From the NCBI GenBank assembly GCA_035543335.1, contig DASZZH010000026.1, forward strand, positions 15,508 through 79,507: a stretch of DNA of 64,000 nucleotides, given 5' to 3'. Of this stretch, positions 19,718 through 29,534 are shown in pieces. The notes beneath the pieces were generated by a model. It did no database searches. It had not been told where the DNA came from and saw nothing but the letters and a program-made list of their open reading frames with translations. How positions within the stretch are numbered: position 1 is the first letter of the stretch; each line of letters begins with the position of its first letter. Position numbers and translations under genes: made by a program. Source of the DNA: Burkholderiales bacterium. GTDB taxonomy: Bacteria > Pseudomonadota > Gammaproteobacteria > Burkholderiales > JAHFRG01.

Positions 19718-20182
19718 ATGAAATTCCTAAAAGCCGTGCGCCTCGATGCTTCCGACAGCCGTGTCTATGCGCAGGAGGGCGCAGCGGAAGACGGCGAATG
19801 GCTGGTTTCCGGCGGCTACGCCGTGTGCGATCTGGCGAGCGGTACGCACTTGCGCCCCAACTGCCATTGCGATACCTCTTTCGTCGGTGTTAAAACACAT
19901 GGTCGCTGCACCCTCGCCGAAGTGGTGGAAATCGACGAGGCAACTTACCGGGAACACATCGAAACCCTGATCCGGCATTTTCTCGAAGACTTGAACGCGC
20001 CTTCGGAAGAAGCGGCGCGGAAAGTCGCGGAAGAAGAAGTAGCCTACACCGCGGATCTGTGTGAAAGCTTCAATACCGAGGTATGGATTACGGTAAAGCG
20101 CACGTCCAAGACCGACGGCGAAGGATTTGACGAACACTACCAGGTATTCAAGCGGCTGATGATAGGAGAACACAAGCTGTGA
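19718..20182 (+). CDS. conserved hypothetical protein (154 aa)
   Basis: The start was set at MKFLKAVRLDASD. Composition is coding-like. The stop overlaps the next ORF. Confidence 0.45.
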   Translation: MKFLKAVRLDASDSRVYAQEGAAEDGEWLVSGGYAVCDLASGTHLRPNCHCDTSFVGVKTHGRCTLAEVVEIDEATYREHIETLIRHFLEDLNAPSEEAARKVAEEEVAYTADLCESFNTEVWITVKRTSKTDGEGFDEHYQVFKRLMIGEHKL

Positions 20183-20223
20183 AGCAGGAGAGGCTGCGGG
20201 AAAACGTCCGCATCGCGCTCCGG

Positions 20224-21366
20224 ATGTCGGACATCCAACCCTTTCATGTGATGGAATTGCTGGCGCGGGCACGCGCACTGGAAGCTCAGGGCCGTTCCAT
20301 CGTCCACATGGAAATCGGCGAGCCGGATTTTCCTTCTCCGCAGCCGGTCATCGCCGCGGGAATGGAAGCGTTGAAGCGCGGCAACATCCATTACTCTCCG
20401 GCGCTGGGACTGCCGCAATTGCGCGAAGCCATTGCCGGTTTTTATATGCAACGCCATAGCCTGCGGGTTTCACCCTCGCGCATCGTCGTCACCCCCGGCG
20501 CATCCGGGGCGCTGTTGCTCACACTCGGCATCCTGATCAATCCCGGCGACAAGGTGTTGATGAGCGATCCGGGTTACCCCTGCAACCGGCATATCGTGCG
20601 ACTGCTGGAAGGAGTTCCCGCAGGCATAGGCACTGATGCCACAACCGGTTATCAGCTCACCCATGAACTGATTGCCCAATATTGGGACCGTGCAACAACC
20701 GCAGTCATGATTGCCTCGCCTGCCAATCCCACCGGCACGCTGGTAAGCCGCGAACAATTGCATGCCATCATGGAAAAAACGCATGCGCTCCGTGGCCGGT
20801 TGATTGTGGATGAGATTTATCACGGATTGGTTTATGAGAGTGAAACAACCACCGCCTTGTCACTATCCGATGAAGTGTTTGTCATCAACAGCTTTTCCAA
20901 ATATTTCGGCATGACCGGGTGGCGCCTGGGCTGGCTGGTGGCGCCGGAAGCCTATGTGCGTGAAGCGGACAAGCTGGCACAGAACGTTTTTCTCGCCGCG
21001 TCCACTCCGGCGCAATATGCGGCGCTGGCTGCGTTTGCGCCCGAAACCCTACGTATCCTGGAGGAGCGCCGCGCCGAATTCCGGCGCCGCCGCGATTATT
21101 TGCTGCCCGCCTTGCGCAATCTGGGTTTCGTGATTCCAGCTACAGCGCAAGGCGCTTTTTATCTCTACGCGGACTGCAGCCGCTTCAGCGCGGACAGCGA
21201 AACCTTCGCGCGCAAGCTGCTGGTACACGCGGGCGTGGCGGTTACGCCGGGAATCGATTTCGGCAGCCACCAAGCGTCGCGCCATGTGCGCTTTGCCTAC
21301 ACTACTTCACTGGAAAATCTGCGAGAGGGTGTGCGCCGTCTTGAGGCTTTCCTGCGCAAAAGCTGA
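20224..21366 (+). CDS. class I/II PLP-dependent aminotransferase
   Basis: SFSKYFGMTGWRLGW contains the PLP lysine motif. The start was set at MSDIQPF, although the ORF opens at 20179. Confidence 0.85.
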   Translation: MSDIQPFHVMELLARARALEAQGRSIVHMEIGEPDFPSPQPVIAAGMEALKRGNIHYSPALGLPQLREAIAGFYMQRHSLRVSPSRIVVTPGASGALLLTLGILINPGDKVLMSDPGYPCNRHIVRLLEGVPAGIGTDATTGYQLTHELIAQYWDRATTAVMIASPANPTGTLVSREQLHAIMEKTHALRGRLIVDEIYHGLVYESETTTALSLSDEVFVINSFSKYFGMTGWRLGWLVAPEAYVREADKLAQNVFLAASTPAQYAALAAFAPETLRILEERRAEFRRRRDYLLPALRNLGFVIPATAQGAFYLYADCSRFSADSETFARKLLVHAGVAVTPGIDFGSHQASRHVRFAYTTSLENLREGVRRLEAFLRKS

Positions 21367-21375
21367 TGCACAGTT

Positions 21376-22023
21376 TCATTTCCAGTGCGGCGGCCAGGTT
21401 TTCTGGAAATAGGGCAGCGCCTCGATGCGCTTCATCCACGCGGAAAGCTTGGGCCCGACGGCGGCACGCAGGCCCAAATCAGTTTTTTTCTTTTCCAGCC
21501 GCAGTGCCAGCGCCAGCATCGGATAAAGTCCGAAATCCGCCGCGCTGAGCTTGTCCAGCAGATATTCGCCACGCACTTGGCCCTCGAAATGCTGGAGCTC
21601 GGCTAAAAATTCCTCCCGGCTCCCGGTAATAACCTGTGCGTCCCACTCCGCTTCCGGCTTAAAAAAAATCTGCCGCAGCATTGGATCCACGGCCGTACGC
21701 AGATAATTGTCCACTTCCAGAATCAAGCGCCGCGCGCTAGCGCGCTCGGCCGGGGCTTGCGGAAATAGCGCGCCATTGCCCGACTTGGGGTATTTGTCTT
21801 CGATGTACTCCACAATCGCGGAAGATTCATAGAGTGCGAAGCCGTCATCCACCAGTACCGGTACCTTATGGCGGGGATTAAGTTTGAGGAACTCCGGCTT
21901 GTGCATATCGCCCGCCGAGAATGATATGGCTTTCATCTCGTAAGCAAGCCGCTTGTATTCAAGGGCGAGCCAGACCCGCCAAGCATAAGGCGAGCCCGAG
22001 CCGTAGTAAAAAACTATGCTCAC
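21376..22023 (-). CDS. glutathione S-transferase family protein
   Basis: 215 aa with the N-terminal thioredoxin-like GST fold (SPYAWRV, VPVLVDDG, ESSAIVEYI). Confidence 0.85.
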   Translation of the reverse strand: MSIVFYYGSGSPYAWRVWLALEYKRLAYEMKAISFSAGDMHKPEFLKLNPRHKVPVLVDDGFALYESSAIVEYIEDKYPKSGNGALFPQAPAERASARRLILEVDNYLRTAVDPMLRQIFFKPEAEWDAQVITGSREEFLAELQHFEGQVRGEYLLDKLSAADFGLYPMLALALRLEKKKTDLGLRAAVGPKLSAWMKRIEALPYFQKTWPPHWK

Positions 22024-22263
22024 GATATTATCCTCTACAGTAATGGCCGCCGCTCAACGTGGGCGGATTAACGATTCAATTAAGACTCAGTAAAACTTAA
22101 ATTATTTCATAATCTGGCCAGAATGATGAGTTTTGCGGGAGTTGATTCGGGATAATACTTGCTGTTCTCACGATACACCCAGAGCCTGGGCGATGCCAGA
22201 AGCGTCCATACCAGCACTTCGGACGCGCAACCCTGTAGGACAAACCAAGTCTATAACTTAGAT

Positions 22264-22660
22264 ATGAAACGATTTTTATTGTTCGGGCTTCTTGTCTGGG
22301 CAGGTGCTGCAGCGGCCGGGCCGGTTTATACCCGAGATGAAACGCTGGATCAAGACTTGCACGGACCACGGGTGGAATGGGCGGGAGAAATTCTTTGCTT
22401 TACATAAGTGTTTTATCGCCTGTAATCCCGGCATTTTCGAAGTGGGTACTTACGCTCCGGGGCGCGAGCTAAATGTAACAGGAAATCTCGGGGCAGCTGT
22501 CCCGCGCCGGATCGGTGGCCAGGTCTACGCTTATCCGGTGATTGCCGGCGCCTTTCTGGAACTGCTGTCACACCAATACTTGTTGCCCCGATATGACCCG
22601 TTTTGCTACCCGCCCCAGTACTACGATCCTTCGTTCTATCATCACCGTCATTACTGGTGA
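22264..22660 (+). pseudogene. possible Slp-like secreted protein interrupted by a frameshift
   Basis: A signal peptide and VEWAGEI lie in one frame, which stops at 22405-22407. The Slp-like remainder (YAPGRELNVTGNLG...GGQVYAYPVIAG) lies in the next frame. The junction is near 22388-22392. Confidence 0.35.
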
Positions 22661-22747
22661 GAGGCACGCCCGCCATCAGACTCGGCTTTGTATCGTTGAT
22701 CCCGTGCTTAGGCTTGGCGCTCTAGGGAAGTACCTTGACGCCGGGGA

Positions 22748-23443
22748 TCAGACCCGGTGGGGATCTTTCAGCATCTGCTGCAGGCGCAGTTTTTCGTTGA
22801 TGACCTTGCCCGCGTACTGACTGCTGGTGCCGTCCGTCGCGCCATTGTACATTTGCAAGCCGATAGTCAGGTCCCCGCTACGCGCAATGTATTCGCGCAG
22901 GATTTTCGCGCCCACCAGGATGTTCGTCTCAGGTTCCAGCACGGCTTTTTCGCCGCCGGAAGCCATGATTTTTTCCATGTGGTATTTCGGAATCACCTGC
23001 ATCAGGCCCTTGGCGCCCGCCACGCTTTCCGCAATGGGATTGAAGCGCGATTCCACCGCCATTACAGCGAGAATCAAAAGCGGATCGAGGCCGGTCTGCT
23101 CGCCGGCGGCATAGGCAGCACTTACCAGTTCCACGGTTGCATCCATGGACACGCGGTAGCGCTTCGATACGTATTCCGCTAGCATCATGATCCTGCCATC
23201 CAACGGAGCTTTCTGCTCGAGTACGTTTGGCTCCAGGACTTTTTCAGTCTCTTCTCTTTCCACAACCTGCGGTGGCTGGGTCGCAGCGGGAAGCACCGCC
23301 GACTCGCTTTGCAGTGTGATTTGCGAATACAGGCTTACCATGAGCGAAATCAGGCTCATGACAAACGCAGACAGCAGCAAGGTACTTCGGCTCTTGTCAG
23401 CAAGCGTCCTACCATTGCTTATTTCAAACTGAGTGTTTTCCAT
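22748..23443 (-). CDS. lytic transglycosylase (SLT domain) protein
   Basis: The motif ESRFNPIAESVAGAKGLMQV is present. The start was set at MENTQFE (ATG 23443), which has a GAGGGGG SD. Confidence 0.8.
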   Translation of the reverse strand: MENTQFEISNGRTLADKSRSTLLLSAFVMSLISLMVSLYSQITLQSESAVLPAATQPPQVVEREETEKVLEPNVLEQKAPLDGRIMMLAEYVSKRYRVSMDATVELVSAAYAAGEQTGLDPLLILAVMAVESRFNPIAESVAGAKGLMQVIPKYHMEKIMASGGEKAVLEPETNILVGAKILREYIARSGDLTIGLQMYNGATDGTSSQYAGKVINEKLRLQQMLKDPHRV

Positions 23444-24003
23444 GATTAACCCCCTCATCGTCTGCTCACGGCAAACTGCCTTAAAAAAACAGCCCATACA
23501 AGTTAATATTGCGCCGCAAAAGTAACACTATTATATTGTTTATTATAATTAAAATAAATTTTTAATTGCTTATAATCGAAGTTTGATGCTGCATCGCAAC
23601 AATAGTTCCATGGTTTCAATTTAATGCTAGAGACTTCAGGGGCGGTTATATTTAGCCACAGCCACAAAAAATACGGAAGATTTTTACATCGCCCGCTTCC
23701 ATGGGCTTTCACTTTCTCTTCATCGCTGAGGTTTTCATGTTTTACATCAATATGATATCCTCAAAACCTATTTTGCAAGTCCCGGTGATTTGACCGAAGC
23801 AAAAAAACCCTCTCACTCCGCTTATTGGGGACGAGGCGGGGTAAAAAACCGTTTTCCACGTCGCCTGAGCTGAGAATTAGTGGTAACATACCTTTCCCGC
23901 CTCCGATTAAAGAATCGGACTCGGTGAATCAATCCAGCTACGCGACTGCAGGTCGGCTTGCGCCTAACCCGGCGCATGCGGTCCGCAGTCGCGGCTGAAT
24001 GTG

Positions 24004-24348
24004 CTACACCGGCCTTGAGCCTGTCGGGGCAAAAGGCCAAGCCGAAGGCGCAGGTATTGACGTCGTCGGCCTTGGTGCCGGCGCTGGGGCGGGAGCTGTC
24101 GTGGTTACCGGCGCTGCCATCCGTGCCACCGGTTTCCTGGCCGCCGCTTTTTTCCGGGCGGGTCTTTTCTTGGCCGCCTTCTTCTTTGCCGACTTTTTTG
24201 CTGACTTCTTTTTGGCCGCTTTTCTTTTGGCAGATATCCTTGCCGCGGCCTTTCTTTTTGCCGTTTTTTTCTTCGTCGCTTTCTTTTTCTTCCTCGATGC
24301 TTTTTTCTTCTTAGCTGGTTTCTTCTGGGCTTTACGTTTCGCTGCCAT
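24004..24348 (-). CDS. histone H1-like, Lys/Ala-rich nucleoid protein
   Basis: 114 aa, with AKKK/KRKAA repeats over ~75 aa followed by a Pro/Ala/Thr tail. GGAGG lies 5 nt upstream of the ATG. Confidence 0.7.
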   Translation of the reverse strand: MAAKRKAQKKPAKKKKASRKKKKATKKKTAKRKAAARISAKRKAAKKKSAKKSAKKKAAKKRPARKKAAARKPVARMAAPVTTTAPAPAPAPRPTTSIPAPSAWPFAPTGSRPV

Positions 24349-24456
24349 TGCAACCTCCTATATGAAAATTAACAGGGTACTGCTTCCTACCACTACCACA
24401 CTCGCCGCGGTCCGAGCCACGCGCACCGGCGCATTTCACGGCCTTGCAGCAGTTCC

Positions 24457-24738
24457 TTAATGCACAACATGTCGTCTGGCCTTGCTCACCAGATCCCGGT
24501 ACAACATCTCAGGATCCAGATCAATTCCTCCTTCCCAGCATAACGCGCCCGCTTCTATGCTGACTTGCTTGAACTTCTCCACGTCTTCCCACGCCTTAAA
24601 CAGGCCCACGCCGACCAGATTGCCCAGATAAACCCGGCCTTCCAGGCCATCGTCAAAACGCAGCCACAACGTGTAATCGCTGTCTGCGCGACACACCGTA
24701 AGCCGGTGCGTTTTGTTTTTGCGCGCTCCTGCCGCCAT
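24457..24738 (-). CDS. DUF2442 domain protein
   Basis: 93 aa. The pattern YTLWLRFDDG...W.GGIDLDPEMLY is typical of DUF2442. Confidence 0.65.
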   Translation of the reverse strand: MAAGARKNKTHRLTVCRADSDYTLWLRFDDGLEGRVYLGNLVGVGLFKAWEDVEKFKQVSIEAGALCWEGGIDLDPEMLYRDLVSKARRHVVH

Positions 24739-24758
24739 GCCTGGGTGTCCTTGACCTC

Positions 24759-25907
24759 TTAATCCCAGTTCAACGCCCCGCCGGTCTGGTACTCAATGAC
24801 GCGGGTTTCAAAAAAGTTTTTCTCTTTCTTGAGGTCAATCAATTCGCTCATCCACGGGAAGGGATTGTTCGCTCCCAGGAACAGCGCATCCAGGCCGATC
24901 TGCTGGCAGCGGCGGTTGGCAATGAAGCGCAGATATTCCTTGAACATCGGCGCGTTCAGCCCCAGCACGCCGCGCGGCATGGTGTCCTCGGCGTAGCGGT
25001 ACTCGAGATCCACCGCCTTCTTCATCAGTCCCTGGATATCCTCGCGGAATTCCGGCGTCCACAAATGCGGGTTTTCCAGCTTGATCTGGTTGACAAGGTC
25101 GATGCCGAAATTGCAGTGCATGGACTCGTCGCGCAGGATGTATTGGTACTGCTCGGCCGAGCCGGTCATCTTGTTCTGCCGTCCCAGCGCCAGGATTTGT
25201 ACAAAACCCACATAGAAGAACAGCCCTTCCATGATGCAGGAAAAGACAATCAGGCTCTTCAGGAGCCCCTGGTCGTTCTCCCGCGTGCCGGTCTTGAACG
25301 AGGGATTGGTCAACGTATCGATAAACGGGATCAGGAACTCGTTCTTGTCGCGGATGCTGGAAACCTCGTGGTAGGCGTTGAAGATCTCGCCTTCGTCCAG
25401 GCCCAGGCTTTCCACGATGTATTGGTAGGCATGAGTGTGAATCGCCTCCTCGAAGGCCTGGCGCAGCAGATACTGCCGGCACTCCGGCGCCGAGATATGG
25501 CGGTAGGTGCCGAGCACGATGTTGTTCGCCGCCAACGAATCGGCGGTGACGAAGAAACCGAGATTGCGCTTGACAATGCGTCGCTCGTCTTCGGTCAAAC
25601 CATTCGGGTCCTTCCACAACGCGATGTCGCGGCTCATGTTGATTTCCTGCGGCATCCAGTGGTTGGCGCAGCCCGAGAGATATTTCTCCCAGGCCCATTT
25701 GTATTTGAACGGCACCAGCTGGTTCACGTCGGTCTGGCCATTGATGATGCGCTTGTCCTCGACACGGATGCGTCGAAAGGCCCCGGCCTCTGCGCTGGGT
25801 TCTTCCGCAGCCTGGCGCGCGAGCGCCGGCGCCGCCGGCACAAAACCGGTCATCGGTTGGAGCTTAAGCCCCGGCACCGTTCCCAAATCATCTTCAAATT
25901 GCAGCAT
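24759..25907 (-). CDS. nrdB: class Ia ribonucleotide reductase beta subunit
   Basis: 382 aa with the di-iron ligand pattern ([15 protein letters not shown]). Confidence 0.95.
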   Translation of the reverse strand: MLQFEDDLGTVPGLKLQPMTGFVPAAPALARQAAEEPSAEAGAFRRIRVEDKRIINGQTDVNQLVPFKYKWAWEKYLSGCANHWMPQEINMSRDIALWKDPNGLTEDERRIVKRNLGFFVTADSLAANNIVLGTYRHISAPECRQYLLRQAFEEAIHTHAYQYIVESLGLDEGEIFNAYHEVSSIRDKNEFLIPFIDTLTNPSFKTGTRENDQGLLKSLIVFSCIMEGLFFYVGFVQILALGRQNKMTGSAEQYQYILRDESMHCNFGIDLVNQIKLENPHLWTPEFREDIQGLMKKAVDLEYRYAEDTMPRGVLGLNAPMFKEYLRFIANRRCQQIGLDALFLGANNPFPWMSELIDLKKEKNFFETRVIEYQTGGALNWD

Positions 25908-25943
25908 GCTTGCCTCCTTTATGTCGTTATAGGTGGATACTTA

Positions 25944-28790
25944 TCACTGACAAGATTCGCACTCGGAATTGTCGATCGAACACATTTTCTCGTCGGCGGC
26001 TTCCCCCACCGGCACGGCGTTCAACTGTCCGCCGCGGGCGGTGGATTTCTCCGCTGAGGTCGCCCCCAGGGTTCGCAGATAGTAGGTAGTCTTGAGACCC
26101 CGTTTCCACGCCAGCTTGTAAACTTCGTCGAGCTTCTTGCCGCTCGCTCCCGCCATGTAAATGTTGAGCGACTGCGCCTGGTCTATCCATTTCTGGCGGC
26201 GCGAGGCGGCCTCGACCAGATACAACGGATCGACTTCAAATGCCGTGGCGTAAAGACTGCGGATATCAGCGGGAATGCGGTCGATTTTGGCGAGGCCGCC
26301 GTCGAAATACTTGAGGTCGGAAATCATCACCTCGTCCCACATGCCGAGTTTTTTCAGGTCCTGCACCAGGTACTGGTTGACCACCGTGAACTCGCCGGAA
26401 AGATTCGACTTCACATACAGGTTCTGGTAGGTGGGCTCGATAGAAGCCGACACGCCGATGATGTTGGCAATGGTGGCGGTGGGCGCGATCGCCAGACAGT
26501 TGGAATTGCGCATGCCGAATTCCCTGATGCGTGCGCGCAGCACGTTCCAGTCCAGGGTCGAGGATTGATCCACCTCGACATGGCCGCCACGCTCATCGGC
26601 AAGCAATCTCAGGGTGTCCTGCGGCAGGATACCGCGATCCCACAGCGAGCCGCGGTACGAAGGGTAGCGCCCGCGCTCGGCAGCAAGCTCGGTGGACGCC
26701 CAATAGGCGCAATAGGCAACCGCCTCCATCGAACGATCGGCGAACTCAATCGCAGCCTCGGAAGCGTAAGGCACGCGCAATTCATGCAGGCAATCCTGGA
26801 AGCCCATGATACCCAACCCCACCGGCCGGTGCTTCATGTTGGAATTGCGCGCCTTGTTGACGGCGTAGAAGTTGATGTCAATCACGTTATCCAGCATACG
26901 CATGGCGGTGGCGATGGTGAGCTTGAGTTTTCCGTGATCGAGCCTGCCGTCCTGCATGTGCGCCACCAGGTTGATCGAGCCCAGATTGCACACCGCAATC
27001 TCGTCCTTGCCGGTGTTGAGCGTGATTTCGGTGCACAGGTTGGAACTGTGCACCACGCCCGCATGCTGCTGCGGCGAGCGGATGTTGCATACATCCTTGA
27101 AGGTAATCCACGGATGGCCGGTCTCAAACAGCATGGTAAGCATCTTGCGCCACAGGGAAAGCGCCGGGATTTTCTTAAAGAGCTTCAATTCGCCCCTTGC
27201 CGCCTTTTCCTCGTAGGCAAGATAGGCTTGTCCGAACGCTTTCCCGTACTTGTCATGCAGGTCCGGCACGTCGGCCGGCGAGAACAGCGTCCACTCGCCC
27301 CCTTCCATCACCCGCTTCATGAACAAATCGGGAATCCAGTTAGCGGTGTTCATGTCATGGGTACGGCGGCGGTCATCGCCGGTGTTTTTCCGCAGCTCGA
27401 GGAATTCCTCGATGTCGAGGTGCCAGGTTTCCAGATACGAGCACACCGCGCCCTTGCGTTTCCCCCCCTGATTCACCGCCACGGCGGTGTCGTTCACCAC
27501 CTTTAGGAACGGCACCACGCCCTGTGACTTGCCGTTGGTGCCCTTGATGTGCGAACCCAGCGCGCGCACCGGCGTCCAGTCGTTGCCCAGCCCCCCGGCG
27601 TATTTGGCGAGGAGCGCGTTTTCCTTGATGGCGTCGTAGATGCCCTCCAAATCGTCGCTCACCGTGGTGAGATAGCAGGAGGAAAGCTGCGGGCGCACCG
27701 TGCCGGAGTTGAACAGCGTCGGCGTCGAACTCATGAAATCGAAGTTGGAGAGCACGTTGTAAAACTCGATTGCCCGCTCTTCACGGTTGATCTCGTTCAA
27801 CGCCAGCCCCATCGCCACACGCATGAAAAACGCCTGCGGCAGCTCTATATGGCGCTCGTGCACGTGCAGGAAATAGCGGTCATACAGGGTTTGCAGGCCG
27901 AGATAGCCGAACTTAAGGTCGCGGTTCGCTTCCAGCGCTTCCGCCAGACGCCGTAGATCAAAGCGCGCCAAGCGCGGATCCAGAAGCTCGGCGTCGATGC
28001 CGTTCTGAATAAAGCACGGAAAATATTCAGCGTAAGTCGTCTGCATCCGCTCCTGGGTCACTTCCTCGCCCAGCGCCTCGAAGCAGATGGAGTGCAAAAG
28101 CAGGCGCGCGGTAACAAAGGTGTAGGCCGGGTCTTTTTCAATCAGCGAGCGCGCCGAAAGAATGGCTGACTTGCGCACTTCCGCCGCCGGCACGCCATCG
28201 TATAAGTCCTTCAGGGTGGATTTGAGAATCAACGCCGGCTCTACGGCTTCGCCCAGTCCCACACAGGCGGATTGGATGAGCGCGGCCAGCCGATCCATGT
28301 CGAGCGCGATCTTCTGGCCGTTTTCCAGAACATGGATGGTCACGGAAGGCACCGCTGCTTCCATGACCGTCTTTTGCTTGGCGCGGTTGCGCGCCCGCTC
28401 CTCGCGGTAGAGCACGTAGGAGCGCGCCACTTCGTGCTCGCCTGAACGCATCAGGGTAAGCTCCACCTGATCCTGTATGTCCTCGATATGGAAGGTGCCG
28501 CCGTGGGGCTGGCGGCGCATCAGCGCGTTCACCACGGTTTCGGTGAGCTTTACCACCATCTCACGGATGCGTGCGGACGCCGCACCCTGACCGCCATTGA
28601 CCGCAATATAGGCCTTGGTCATGGCCAGCGAAATCTTGGAAGGCTCAAATCCCACTACGCTGCCGTTGCGGCGAATCACCTTGTACTGCGCGTAACGGGG
28701 GTCCTGATTGGGAACCGGTGCGATGTCAGAAAAATTAACGCTCGACGCAGAAGCGGGAGAAGCGCTACCAGTCGCAACAACCTGCTGCAT
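25944..28790 (-). CDS. nrdA: class Ia ribonucleotide reductase alpha subunit
   Basis: 948 aa, with an ATP-cone N-terminus, the active-site NLCTEI motif and a C-terminal CESCQ. Confidence 0.95.
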   Translation of the reverse strand: MQQVVATGSASPASASSVNFSDIAPVPNQDPRYAQYKVIRRNGSVVGFEPSKISLAMTKAYIAVNGGQGAASARIREMVVKLTETVVNALMRRQPHGGTFHIEDIQDQVELTLMRSGEHEVARSYVLYREERARNRAKQKTVMEAAVPSVTIHVLENGQKIALDMDRLAALIQSACVGLGEAVEPALILKSTLKDLYDGVPAAEVRKSAILSARSLIEKDPAYTFVTARLLLHSICFEALGEEVTQERMQTTYAEYFPCFIQNGIDAELLDPRLARFDLRRLAEALEANRDLKFGYLGLQTLYDRYFLHVHERHIELPQAFFMRVAMGLALNEINREERAIEFYNVLSNFDFMSSTPTLFNSGTVRPQLSSCYLTTVSDDLEGIYDAIKENALLAKYAGGLGNDWTPVRALGSHIKGTNGKSQGVVPFLKVVNDTAVAVNQGGKRKGAVCSYLETWHLDIEEFLELRKNTGDDRRRTHDMNTANWIPDLFMKRVMEGGEWTLFSPADVPDLHDKYGKAFGQAYLAYEEKAARGELKLFKKIPALSLWRKMLTMLFETGHPWITFKDVCNIRSPQQHAGVVHSSNLCTEITLNTGKDEIAVCNLGSINLVAHMQDGRLDHGKLKLTIATAMRMLDNVIDINFYAVNKARNSNMKHRPVGLGIMGFQDCLHELRVPYASEAAIEFADRSMEAVAYCAYWASTELAAERGRYPSYRGSLWDRGILPQDTLRLLADERGGHVEVDQSSTLDWNVLRARIREFGMRNSNCLAIAPTATIANIIGVSASIEPTYQNLYVKSNLSGEFTVVNQYLVQDLKKLGMWDEVMISDLKYFDGGLAKIDRIPADIRSLYATAFEVDPLYLVEAASRRQKWIDQAQSLNIYMAGASGKKLDEVYKLAWKRGLKTTYYLRTLGATSAEKSTARGGQLNAVPVGEAADEKMCSIDNSECESCQ

Positions 28791-28853
28791 ATTGAAGTCT
28801 CCTAATGTTTTTATAATCTAGGCACTTAGGGTAACCTGGCGGCTGCCCTACAA

Positions 28854-28899
28854 ACACTATATATAGTGTCAAACGCGTTTACACCGACTAATTCTAGTA
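28854..28899 (-). promoter_or_regulatory. NrdR operator: one perfect box plus a weak second box
   Basis: ACACTATATATAGTGT (28854-28869) is a perfect 16-bp palindrome matching the NrdR-box consensus. A degenerate box at 28884-28899 has its centre 30 bp away. Confidence 0.6.
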
Positions 28900-28976
28900 G
28901 CCTAATTGGGGGAGCGCAACTACTTTTTGTGGCGAGTCCCGGTCCGAGATACTACCGGTTGTGGCAGGGAACAGAA

Positions 28977-29516
28977 CTAAACGCCGAGGGCGGCGAAATA
29001 CCGGTCCCAATCGAAAAACGGGCCTGGATCAGTCTTGCGGCCGGGAGCAATCGCCGCGTGACCGGCTATGTCTTTGACGGGATAGGCCTTTTTTAGCGCC
29101 CGGGTGAGGGAAACGAGTGCCGCATACTGAGCATCGCGAAACGGCAATAAATCGCTGCCTTCCAACTCGACGCCAATGGAAAAATCGTTGCAGCACAGCC
29201 GCCCACACCACTGCGACACCCCGGCATGCCAGGCGCGCTTCAAGCAGGGAACGAACTGCAGGATTTCCCCGTCACGGCGAATGAAAAAATGGGCGGACAC
29301 TTTAAGGTCGCAAACCGACTGAAAATAGGGATGAGCGGCCGGGTTCAGGCTGTTGGTAAAGAGCTCAATCACGCCTTGGCCGCCGAATTCATGCGGCGGC
29401 AGGCTGATGTTATGGACGACGAGAAGCTCGATCGCGCAATCCGCGGGGCGCTCGTCGCAATTGGAAGAGGCAATATAGCGCACCGCCTGCAGGATTCCCT
29501 TGTGATCGAATTGCAT
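28977..29516 (-). CDS. ampD: 1,6-anhydro-N-acetylmuramyl-L-alanine amidase
   Basis: 179 aa with amidase_2 motifs (NCDERP, VVHNISLPP, AWHAG). Confidence 0.85.
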   Translation of the reverse strand: MQFDHKGILQAVRYIASSNCDERPADCAIELLVVHNISLPPHEFGGQGVIELFTNSLNPAAHPYFQSVCDLKVSAHFFIRRDGEILQFVPCLKRAWHAGVSQWCGRLCCNDFSIGVELEGSDLLPFRDAQYAALVSLTRALKKAYPVKDIAGHAAIAPGRKTDPGPFFDWDRYFAALGV

Positions 29517-29534
29517 CAGTTGGAGGAGACCGGC

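Noticed and set aside
23444-24003. A structured housekeeping RNA (RNase P, tmRNA, 6S, SRP) in the long intergenic tract.
   Set aside because: I looked on both strands for hallmark strings: GAGGAAAGTCC, the tmRNA 5' GGGG...TTCGAC with an alanine-ending tag ORF, and the SRP GGAAGCAGCC-type motif. I found none. Only local hairpins are visible.
24105-24353. An alternative-frame Arg/Lys-rich ORF (82 aa) inside the H1-like gene.
   Set aside because: It is a frame-shifted reading of the same AAG/AAA/GCN repeats. The SD-preceded frame is the 114-aa one.
25065-27506. Plus-strand ORFs of 330 aa and 313 aa.
   Set aside because: They are antisense to nrdB and nrdA and have no recognisable domains.
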